Source: Macrostomum lignano
Taxonomy: Eukaryota
NCBI GenBank assembly: GCA_002269645.1
Contig: NIVC01004609.1
Coordinates: 1-40,633, forward strand
Direction of reading: 5' to 3'
DNA: 40,633 nt
A model generated the notes under the pieces. That model saw nothing but the letters and a program-made list of their open reading frames with translations. It did not search any database and had not been told where the DNA came from. Shown here piece by piece: positions 9,887 to 19,781 of this stretch (position 1 is its first letter; the number at the start of each line of letters is the position of its first letter). A program made the translations under genes and the position numbers.

Positions 9887-10791
9887 TCCGAATAGGAGAA
9901 TTAATTCAAGCTCAAAATCAACTTGAGAATAAACTCATGGCAGCCAGGCTAGCTGTCTTCACTGTCCTTTAAATTTGCCATAAACGATTAATTATCTCTA
10001 CAACCCTTTCATTTAGAGAGCAACTAAATTTGCCATAGACGATTGATTATCTCTACAACCCTTTCAAAGCGCATTCCGGCAACAATCGCATTTCATACTC
10101 AGCATCCGCACTATGTCTGGGCCATAGACAAGGGAAGTCAAAAGGGTACAATAATGACATGTACCTAGCAATTGCGTAAGCTGAAGCCGCGGCTACAATC
10201 TACGCGGCTTCAGCTTACGCAATTGCTGCCGAAAAAAATCGGTATATATCGTTACATTGTCTGCCTCCAAAACCATAGACACAATCGACCATTGTCTGCC
10301 TCCAAAACTATGGACAATCTACAAACCATACCGTTTATGCATATGCTGTATAAATTATTATATATATTAATAAATTATCCGTGATTATTGGAGGCCAGGA
10401 AAAAAGCAAAATGACACATTTATTCATGAATTGATTAACTGCCCTTAATATAGGGAACCATTGATATTTTACGCGAGATGTGCATTTAAAAATGTAGCAA
10501 TCTCAGCGATAAGTGATTGTTTTTCTTGCTCTCCGGTGTCAAAAATAATTAAACGATTTTTCTAAGTGTTAATTAGAAGATTGCATGCAGTCGCGGTGCT
10601 TATCAACGAAAGTGATCTTTTGTGCATTGCTCTTAGCTATCACTGTTAATGGATTACAGCAGCTAATAAAGAAATGTTCTGCATAGGGAGTGCCTAAGAA
10701 GTCAAACTACGGACGTTTTACTAAATTAGCTACGCAGAGCTTGCTAAAATCTGGCAGTTCAGTCGAGAGTTCAATAACCATCGATCCAATT

Positions 10792-12040
10792 CTATTGAAG
10801 CTTGGTATGAAAACACGATCTGTAACACTTTAGGATCAGTTGTTTTGTGTAGAACTCTCGCTGGTTGAGTGCAAAAATAATGCATATACAAAGCCTCTGA
10901 TGACTCGGACATCCTGCTCCAGCGTACCAACCAAGCGCGATCATGTTTGCAGCCGTGAGCAGGATGTAGCTGATGAAGCAGATTGCATTCTTGTGACTCG
11001 CTATAAACCTTCCAAGTCTTCTGATCGTTGAGGGCGCATCCGAGGGCGCAGATGAGGGAAGCGCTTTCAGAGCGGAAATGAAGGTGAACGCGATGAGGAT
11101 GAGCATTTGTATCATGAGGAACAGACCGACTAGCGGGATCGTGTTCATGGACTTCGGAGCCGACTGGGACGCGATCAGCACGTATAGAAGAATTATTAGT
11201 CATGGACATGATGATGGCAATGGACAGGTTCACCGGGTCGCTCTTGTCACCAGCCAGGAACATGATGCTTGCGAGCAGCGACAGCAGCTCGAACGGGACA
11301 ATCACCAGCACAGCGTAGTACATCCACCTGCGCTTCAGGTGGAATTGTAAATCCACCATATAAAAGTTGAAGTCAAGTGACTTTTCTTTGGACTGTTCAC
11401 CAGTCACTTTCTCCAGATCCCACTCGCCGACCCGGGAAAGTTCCAGCCCATCGTACGTGGAGCTGTTGTAGTAAACAGACACCGATAGGTTAAAATGCGT
11501 GACGTCGGACGTTCCTGTGCTGACTTGAATAGCGCACAGCTGACTGTCGAAGGGGAAGTATCTCCCATCGATGGCGCATGCGAACTGCACCACTGCGAAT
11601 GTGTAAATGCTAGCTTCTCCGGTTGGAAACAATAGAGCATCGGCGAACATTTCGCCCTTGGAGTTGAGGAACTCGACGTCCGGTAGCCAGAGGCTGTTTC
11701 TGTGGAGACGCAGCTGGTGCGGGCTGCCCGGCGATGACGAGTTCCAGGCGAGTCGAGGGTCAGTCCAGGAAATCCAAATCCAGCCAGAGAACTCCAGCAG
11801 CTCCTTTTCGTCCAGGCCGTAGATGGTGTTCAGATAAATCAACACCCTGACGTCTGTTTGGTAGCCGAAGTAGCTCGGAGACAGCAAGACGTGGCACTGC
11901 GGCAGCGCGTGCGGTCTGATGGACTCCGCCAGTGCGCGGCACGCAGGCACGTCAGCGTTTGTTGCCGGGTCGATGGCGCTTGAGCGCATGATACTGTGAA
12001 CTAGTAGAAGCAGAGGCAGAATACATTTACAGGTTCGCAT
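10792..12040 (-). pseudogene. Cys-loop LGIC-like paralog A; 10-nt insertion in M2 (11189-11198) causes a frameshift
   Basis: Signal peptide, WTDPRLAW, WLPD, C-x13-C loop (CAIDGRYFPFDSQLC), GEW and M1 are present. AGAATTATTA is inserted relative to the other five copies. M3/M4 continue in ORF 10792-11181. There is also an in-frame 7-aa deletion (DLRNTKF) versus B. Confidence 0.85.
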
Positions 12041-12339
12041 CTTGCTGGCGCTCGTCTCGCAGTATGCAATAAAAATTTAGAAATTTGAGGCCTTCAGCCG
12101 CCAACAGAGTTCGACTAGCGTTTTTTACACTTACTCAGATTAATAATAATATTGCTTGGTACAATTGCAGTTTATTTCATAGTTACTACTCATAGTAAGC
12201 CTAAAGACAACATCCATACAACATTAAAATAAATGACACTTTCCTGTCATTAAGCAATGTAATTGACAGCTTCTTATTATCTGAACACTCGGATAGCAAA
12301 TGCAGAGTTTTCTGGTCCCGAATATTGAGGACGTTCTAC

Positions 12340-12760
12340 ATCTCTACCGATAGAAGAGTTCGAACCATGAACTGGGTTGCGACACAATGAGGACTGCGAG
12401 ACCAAAGATCCCTTAGGAGAACAGCTGACCTGCTCAAAGTGCCATGTGGGGAGTAGAAAGTGAAGTTCAGTTACTTTTTAAGTGCAGTTGGAACTTTTAC
12501 TGTATCGTGCTTCTCCGTGATAAACTTGAACAGGAAATCCCAGATAAAGTTCCGAATTAAAAAAACCTTACTGCAGAAGATTAAATATTTTACCTAATGA
12601 CTCAAGAAGACATGATGGAAATGCTACCTAGAAAACTGCATCAAAGACATGACACAAGCTAGAAAGCAACTTCATGAGGCTTCAGATTGTTACAGAAGAA
12701 AACAAGCATGAATAACACGAGATTTCACTCCCGTTAGGTCGAAAAGTATTTTTATTCACT
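12340..12760 (+). mobile_element. Non-LTR retrotransposon (LINE) 3' remnant
   Basis: Clearly homologous to 24115-24490 (e.g. ACAATGAGGA.TGCGAGACCAAAGATCCCTTA; CCGTGATAAACTTGAACAG), which encodes a LINE C-terminal Cys/His motif. Confidence 0.6.
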
Positions 12761-13369
12761 AGCTTTTTGAATTTTTGCCTCGAGTAATATCATTAAATAC
12801 CAGTACCCTCAGCGTGTTTTCAATAATAATCGTAGAAATAGTAATAATATTAGTATATTTAGATTTTGACTTAGCTGCAGGGCTGTCCCGGAGGGGACAC
12901 AGCGGGAAGGCGCGGGCGCCCATTCCGCTAAGTATATTTAGATTAATAATAAGAATGTTAATGATGATGCTATTGTTACGTAAACTGCGCCCAACCTAGG
13001 ATGGTGCATGCTTAAATACAAATTACCTCAAAAACTAGAGGTTCTAGTTGATGGAATTTTCCAGAACGGCATCTGTGACACCCAGTTAAGCAAAAAACGA
13101 TGAGGCTGCGAATGAAGGGCAATTTCTAGCTATGGTTAGCCTTAAAATAGGCAGTTTGCTCTCCTGGCTACTATTTCTGTGTTTTTTGAAGGCTATTAGG
13201 CACGGGTCTATGAGAGTTTCCTGCAGGAAGTTTTTCCGCGGAGGTTTTCCCGCAGGGTTTTTCCAATTGGATTTGAAATCTAGTCTTAGGCTAGTTCTAA
13301 TCTAGTCCAGCATTGTCTATAGACTGGATTTGACTTGAGATTCCGACAGGAAAAACCATGCGGGGAAAT

Positions 13370-13620
13370 CTCGGCGGGGAAACCTCCAGCGGGGAAACCT
13401 CCAGCGGGGAAACCTCCAGCGGGGAAACCTCCAGCGGGGAAACCTCCAGCGGGAAACCTCCAGCGCGGAAACCTCCAGCGGGGAAACCTCCAGCGGGAAA
13501 CCTTCAGCGCGGAAACCTCCAGCGGGGAAACCTCCAGCGGGGAAACCTCCAGCGGGGAAACCTCCAGCGGGGAAACCTCCAGCGGGAAAACCTCCAGCGG
13601 GGAAACCTCCAGCGGGGAAA
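13370..13620. repeat. 14-15-bp tandem repeat (GCGGGGAAACCTCCA)n
   Basis: About 17 directly visible units. Confidence 0.95.
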
Positions 13621-14069
13621 TATCGGCGGGCAAGCCTCGGCGGGAAAACTTCCGGCGGGAAATTCTCGTGTTCCCTTAGGCACATCTTTTAGACCCAGGG
13701 TCAGTTGACTTATCTTCTCAACATACGCATTAGCGATAATAGCTGCTTTAATGAGGCTGCACTATTGCCTTGAAGCACAATCGTAGTAATGTGGAATCTC
13801 TACATAAATGTACACATGATGAATCTTTATGAAAATAAAAAAAATTAATTATATCACGTTCTACGAAATAAATGAGGAAGCATTGAGGAAAATAGCGTTG
13901 TGAAAAGAACCCATGGCATAGTAATCCAGCGCATAGTGAATCTTGGCTGAAGGGATGAGATGTTTTTCTCTTAATTTCAAAGTCAAGAGATGTTGCAGCG
14001 TCTGATTCACAGCCAAACCATAGAACAATAAAACCAGTTGGTTCTTGCGCGCAAAGAAATGAATTGAAG

Positions 14070-15224
14070 TCAGATGTATACAAACACAATAATATTAATG
14101 ATAGTAAGGCTGATGTAGCTTATAAAGCAGACAACATTTTTGTGCTTTGACAGAAACAAAATCAGTTTCTTCAGTTTAGATGGCGCCTCCGAGGTCGCAG
14201 ACGAATAAGTGACTTTTAGAGCAGCGATGAAGGTGAACGCGATGAGGATGAGCATCTGAGCCATGAGGAACAGGCCGACTAGCGGGATCGTGTTCATGGA
14301 CTTCGGAGCCGACTGGGACGCGATCAGCACGTACAGAGTCATGGACATGATGATGGCGATGGACAGGTTCACCGGGTCGCTCTTGTCACCAGCCAGGAAC
14401 ATGATGCTTGCGAGCAGCGACAGCAGCTCGAACGGGACAATCACCAGCACAGCGTAGTACATCCACTTGCGCTTCAGGTGGAACTTGATGTTGGCGACAT
14501 AAAGGCTGTCACCAGCGGCCACATATCGGGAAAGCTCATGAGTAACGCTTATCAGCTCCCACTCGCCGACCTGGTACAAATCCAGGCCCAGGTTCTCTGA
14601 TTTGTTGTAGCTGATAGACACCGACAATTTGAACCCGGAAGTGTCTGACGATATGGTGCCGAGTTGGGTGGCGCACAGCTGAGTGTCGAATGGGAAGTAT
14701 CTCACATCGATGGCGCAGGCAAACTGAACAACTGCGAATGTGTAAATGCCGACTTCCCCAGTAGGAAAAATTACTGCGTCAGTGAACTTGGTGTTTCGGA
14801 GGTCAAACATCTCGCCCTTCGAATTAAGGAAGCCAACGTCTGGTAGCCACACGCTGCCCCGGTCGACTCGCAAGTACTGTGGGCTGCCTGGTGCTGAAGA
14901 ATTCCAGGCCAGCCGAGGGTCAGTCCATGAAATCTGGAACCAAGCGGAGAACTCCAGCAGCTCCTTCTCGTCCAGGCCGTAGATAGTTTTCAGCAAGATG
15001 TGCACGCTGACGTTCGTTTGGTAGCCGAACTGGCTGGGGTACATCAACGTGTGGCACTGCGCCAGCGACTGCGGACCGATGGACTCCGACAGCGCTTGAC
15101 ACGCAGCAGTGGCCGCATCAGTGCTGGCTGCTGAGTTTGACTCTGAAACAGTCGCAAGCAAGAGCAGCACAGGCAGCAGTAATGTTGCTGTTGAAGACAT
15201 TTTGTTGCCACCGGGATGGTTCAT
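14070..15224 (-). CDS. Cys-loop ligand-gated ion channel-like subunit, paralog B (intact, intronless, non-alpha nAChR-like, minimal M3-M4 loop)
   Basis: 384-aa ORF with signal peptide, WTDPRLAW, WLPDV, Cys loop CAIDVRYFPFDTQLC (C-x13-C), VGEW, LKRK pre-M1 and four hydrophobic helices. The P..MNTIPLVG M2-M3 linker is nAChR-like. Confidence 0.93.
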   Translation of the reverse strand: MNHPGGNKMSSTATLLLPVLLLLATVSESNSAASTDAATAACQALSESIGPQSLAQCHTLMYPSQFGYQTNVSVHILLKTIYGLDEKELLEFSAWFQISWTDPRLAWNSSAPGSPQYLRVDRGSVWLPDVGFLNSKGEMFDLRNTKFTDAVIFPTGEVGIYTFAVVQFACAIDVRYFPFDTQLCATQLGTISSDTSGFKLSVSISYNKSENLGLDLYQVGEWELISVTHELSRYVAAGDSLYVANIKFHLKRKWMYYAVLVIVPFELLSLLASIMFLAGDKSDPVNLSIAIIMSMTLYVLIASQSAPKSMNTIPLVGLFLMAQMLILIAFTFIAALKVTYSSATSEAPSKLKKLILFLSKHKNVVCFISYISLTIINIIVFVYI

Positions 15225-15782
15225 ATGCTTATTAACGGTAGATAAGTATTGAACTCAAATATTTGCGTTTGTCGAGCTTTTATCTTGCGTCTTGTGAGAG
15301 TTTTTTGCTTTCCCGAGTTAATTCATGCTAAACTGCTCTGCTCTCAGTGCTATATATGGATAGAGATGAGGGATTAACGCGTTGGTTCTAAACTTTTATT
15401 TGCTGCATTTTCATCTCCACAAGCTTCCTCGAGAGGTTTGGCTTGGTAAAACATTTCCGCATTTCCATTTCAGAGCTGCAGATCTCGCTCTCGTTGTCAA
15501 GGTAAATAATTAACTGCATGCTGGTTGTTCTAGACTAGGGGGGGGGGCACTCAGCTCGTCACGGCTTGTTTCACCCATCAATTAATGACATTTCTATTGG
15601 CAAATAATGAGTCCTTAGTTTTCGCAGTATTTTTTAGTCTGCTGAGTACATCTATCTCCATGAACATTAAAGGACGATTCTCTATGGAATAGCCTTTTTT
15701 TCGCAGTTGCAAACCAGTTTTGCCCAATTGTCCAAATATATGGAGAATATGATTACATTGGATCAAATTCTGTTAATTCCCG

Positions 15783-16126
15783 ATAGTCAGTGGGCCGTAG
15801 CCTGGCCCGTGTCAGCGGTCCAGGTTCGATTCCAAGTGCAGTCACATTAATTTGGGGCTAAATTGGAATCGCGGCTTGGCTCTGCTCGTGCAATTAACGG
15901 CCTTGAGGGCCGACCCCAAGGCACAGTGAAGTGTACATGCCTAACGATAAATAAAGTTAGGGCCGCTGTACACTCCTGTGTGAGTGTGTGCCTGCGCGTA
16001 TGACTGTGTACGTATCCGCGCTTGTGTGCCTGCTCAGGGGAGTCGGCGGAATGGGCAGCAATGCCTCTCGCCGGTTGTGTGACAATGTCACTTAGGTGCA
16101 CACAGCGCCTGCCTCTAATAAAAATG
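15783..16126 (+). mobile_element. tRNA-derived SINE copy with a different head/middle but the same 3' body
   Basis: TAGTCAGTGG A-box-like element, GGTTCGATTCC B-box (15823-15833), and a shared body at 15970-16126 ending CCTGCCTCTAATAAAAA. Confidence 0.7.
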
Positions 16127-16449
16127 TTCCCAATAGTGGATAGTGGATTGAACTGAGTCTTCCCTTTGGGGACAGGCGGGGCTGGTGTATGTTCATGTTA
16201 TGTTAGTATAAATGACACGAGATATGAATTATGAACGGCGACAGAAAAGAGTTCCGGGCTTAACGATGAAGATCTGCTCAGGATGGCGCAGAGCTCATTC
16301 TCTCGTCATATATGATCCCAGTGTCTTAGCAATATTTGCACTGGCATCGGGTTCTGCTCTCAAGACACTAAATGCTACTGTCACAGTGTTCTTAGGACGA
16401 GTCTATTTGCCAAGTTTGGTTATGTCCAAATAACAGCTGTGTTGCGGCA

Positions 16450-17690
16450 GCCATCCGATCAAAAGAAATGCTCCGTTTGAATGGAGATGTCTTGTCAGGT
16501 CTGGTTAAAGTTCTTCAAGCAAAGACTATTGACAACTATAAAGAATTACTTGTTGAAAGGAGTACTTTTCTGTTCACTCACTGAACTCAATGCATACTTA
16601 TCTTCTACGCAATTTCCACTAGCTTTTACGGGATCACCTGCATTACAACTCATCATCTACTTTCCTACTTTTGCCGATATAAACTTAAAAGTATCAACTG
16701 AAAAGACGTGTTCCCAAGCCAAAACGTGTACACTCAAAGTGGCCGATTTTTTAAAGCTTTCTACTCATTTGGTGAGTAGTATGGATTTAAAATTCAGAGC
16801 AAGTGCCGCTCATATGAACCCAGTCATCATGCAGTGCGTCTTCGCTTTTCTATAGCTTTTTTCAAACCTGATTAATTATTTACGTCGCCCGAATAGGTAA
16901 AATATAAAGATTGCTATACACTGTAATTGATCGTATTACTCATTAAAGGTATTGCTCTATTGCCCACAGTGCCACCTGTTGAAGGTACCGACAGCGTCGG
17001 GGTGATGACGGAATTCTGGAGAGACTAGCTGAGGATGTCCAGCAGTTGAGGCTTGCCTACTGCCGAGGCTTGATCAGCGAACTCAGAGAAACTTGCACAG
17101 GGTGTCCATAGTCACCGGGTGCCACCCTGGAAGGATCCGCCTGAGTAAAGACCAGTGACCAAAGAAGTCAGAGCTGATGCAGAGATGTGCTGGTGAAATT
17201 TGGAGGCTTGGCAAGGCTGCGCTGAGGCGCAGCGCTGGTTGGCGCACAGGGCTGTATTGAATGCACTGGCGCTTATGAATATCTCGATGGTCCGGAGGGT
17301 TGGTGACTTGATTATCGTTTGCGAAGGTGCGCAAGAAAAAGTTAGCCGATGGTCTTGACTTTTGACGCAGCAAAAACTCTTACGGCTCTTACGGCTTGTA
17401 CATCTATTTCCACTGGATTCTGTTGCTAAGGTCCAAGCATAGCGCTCGTAATTTTTAATCCATTTACCATATGCCAATTATTCAATGTGCTGGTCAACAG
17501 TCAGCCTCATCCATAGCAGACTGCGCCAAAGCAAACCTACTGGTCAAACATGCAGCAGTTTTCAAACACACGCCCACAGACTACAGGGCCAGATCACATG
17601 TTACAAACATCAGAGCCACCAAGCTGAACAAGTGGGCAGAAGCTGAACTACTGTTAGATGATTTTCTACGGCAAACTTAATGAATAATGT
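16450..17690 (+). mobile_element. Possible highly degenerate LINE RT/C-terminal remnant
   Basis: Fragmentary motifs only: NLKVSTEKT (RT-like), VTGCHPG, and CAGQQSASSIADC (C-terminal Cys-motif-like), with many stops. Confidence 0.25.
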
Positions 17691-17744
17691 GACAAATAGG
17701 AAATTTAAATATTTGACCAGCGAGCACTGTGAATATAATTATAG

Positions 17745-18538
17745 CAGGGGTTGGCAAACCTTTTAACGTCAAGGGCCAGATAGAGAACCCAGAGACTGAC
17801 TGTGGGCCCGGAGGAGGGGAGAGAGGAGAGGAAATAAAGAAGAGAGAAGGGAGGTAAGAGAAAGGAGAGGTGAGATAATAAAGGAGAAGAGAGGAGTGGA
17901 GAAGGAGGAGAGAGAAAAGAGAGGAGAGGAGGAGAGAAAATGAGTGAGAAGAGAGGAGAGAGAGGAGAGAGAAGAGAGGAGAGAGAAGAGAGGAGAGAGA
18001 AGAGGAGAGGAGGAGAGGAGATGAGGAAGGGAGGAGAGGAGATGAGGAGAGGAGGAGAGGAGATGAGAAGAGAGGAGAAGAGAGAAGATGAGAGGAGAGA
18101 GGAGAGGGAAGACGAGACGAGAGGAGAGGAGAGAGGAGAGAAGATATGATAGAGAAGAGAAGAGAGGTGGGGAGAGATGAGAGGAGAGAGAAGAGAACAT
18201 AGGAGAGAGGAAGAGAGTAGAGAGGAGATTAGAGAGAAGAGTGCTGAGAAGCGATATAAACATTGGGTGGGCCGGATTGCTTGTGGGCCGGATTGCTTGT
18301 GACGGATTTCTTGATTGCTTGTGGGCCGGATTGCTTGTGACGGATTTCTTGATTGCTTGTGGGCCGGATTGCTTGTGACGGATTTCTTGATTGCTTGTGA
18401 GCCGGATTGCTTGTGACGGATTGCTTGATTGCTTGTGGGCCGGATGCAGCACATTGTAAAGTTTCAAAGGACCCGAGGGTCGGATAGAGAGGCTCTGCGG
18501 GCCGCATGTTGCCCGACATGCAGAGTTTGCCGACCCTG
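17745..18538. mobile_element. hAT/Charlie-type non-autonomous DNA transposon (MITE) with internal GA microsatellite and 38-bp tandem repeats
   Basis: Left end CAGGGGTTGGCAAAC (17745) and right end GTTTGCCGACCCTG (18525-18538) form imperfect TIRs. Subterminal GGGCCG(G/C)A motifs are present. No intact 8-bp TSD is visible. Confidence 0.7.
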
Positions 18539-18636
18539 CATGAATTAGAGACTGGGAGAGTAATGGCTGGCGTACGTGCTTGTCATCAAGCAGAAAACCA
18601 GAATGAAAGTCTTCAGCTTCATTTAGCTTCAGCTTC

Positions 18637-19781
18637 ATGTCTTCACTGGCGCAACTCCGGATTCTTCTGAGCCACGCAGTCTTGCTGGTATCAGCCAGCA
18701 CTGAATGGGCTGCCGACGCTGAAGTGGCCGCCTGTCGCGCTCTGTCGGAGTCCATCGGTGCGCAGTCGCGTCAAGCTGTCACCGAAGCACTGTGGCTACG
18801 ATACAAATATTGAGTTGTTGTCTTGATGCTCCATGTGAAGACTATATATACATGTACGGCCAGGACGAGAAGGAGCTGGAGGAGTTCACCGGCTGGATTC
18901 AGATGACCTGGACTGACCCCCCGGCTAGCCTGGAGCTCAACGGAAAGTCCACTGAAGCAGCTACGGGTGGAGAGGAACAGCTTGTGGTTGCCGGATGCTG
19001 GATTCTGGAATACGCGGGAAAGCTGAGAGCTTTATGACGCACGAAATGCAAAGTTCCAGGACGCCACAATGTTCCCCACTGGTAAGGGTAAGATCTATAT
19101 CTTCTTTGTAGTCCGATTTGCCTGCATCATACAAGTCGCCAAGTTTCCATTCGACGCGCAAGTCTGCTCAAGTTTCCAAGTCTGCTCCATTCAAATCGGC
19201 ACGATATCTTCGGACTTGACGGTGTTCAATATTACAGTGCAAAATATATTTAAAGAGAATATTGATTCGGTACAGTCTTCGTCAACTGTCAGTGAATGGG
19301 ACTTGAAAAATATTTCTCAAACGGACATGATCGACTCTATTGGTGGGCAGCAATTCAAAAGTGTGAGGCTTCTCCTTCAACTGGAGCGAAGGTTCATGTA
19401 TTATTGGTGATTGTCTCGTTCCAGCTGCTGTCGCTGCTCGCAAGCATCATGTTCCTGGCTGGTGACAAGAGCGACTCGGTGAACCTGTCCATCGCCATCA
19501 TCATGTCCATGACTCTGTACGTGCTGATCGCGTCCCAGTCGGCTCCGAAGTCCATCCTCATCGCGTTCACCTTCATCGCAGCCGCTCAGAACAAAACAGA
19601 TAGATCAGCTGCTCACAAACCGGAGGCTGAGCATAGAAAGCGAGGCTGGAAGACAGTTCTATTGCAACACAGAAACGTGGCTGCTACATTGCAGCAAGTG
19701 TCTGCAATGCATGCGCATTTTTGTTTATATCACCAAGTAGCTATTAAGGACAATTTTAACTCCAAAACTTTCTGCAATTAG
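18637..19781 (+). pseudogene. Cys-loop LGIC-like paralog C, degraded pseudogene
   Basis: ATG 18637 MSSLAQLRILLSHAVLLV...AACRALSESIG; then YGQDEKELEEFTGWIQMTWTDP, FACIIQVAKFPFDAQVC, SEWDL and the pore cassette lie in several frames, with multiple frameshifts and stops. A 48-nt deletion removes MNTIPLVGLFLMAQML. Confidence 0.88.

Noticed and set aside
12866-12930. HDV-like or hammerhead ribozyme
   Set aside because: A P2/P4-like pairing exists, but there is no J4/2 catalytic C or L3 consensus and no CUGAUGA/GAAA core.
14263-14457. Conserved antisense ORF MRNRPTSGIVFMDFGADWD... seen in several receptor copies
   Set aside because: It is the shadow of the GC3-rich homogenised cassette; its conservation is explained by sense-strand identity.
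17705-18755. 249/328-aa Ser/Leu-rich 'membrane' ORFs
   Set aside because: They derive from the GA microsatellite and tandem repeats inside a MITE, plus the antisense of pseudogene C.
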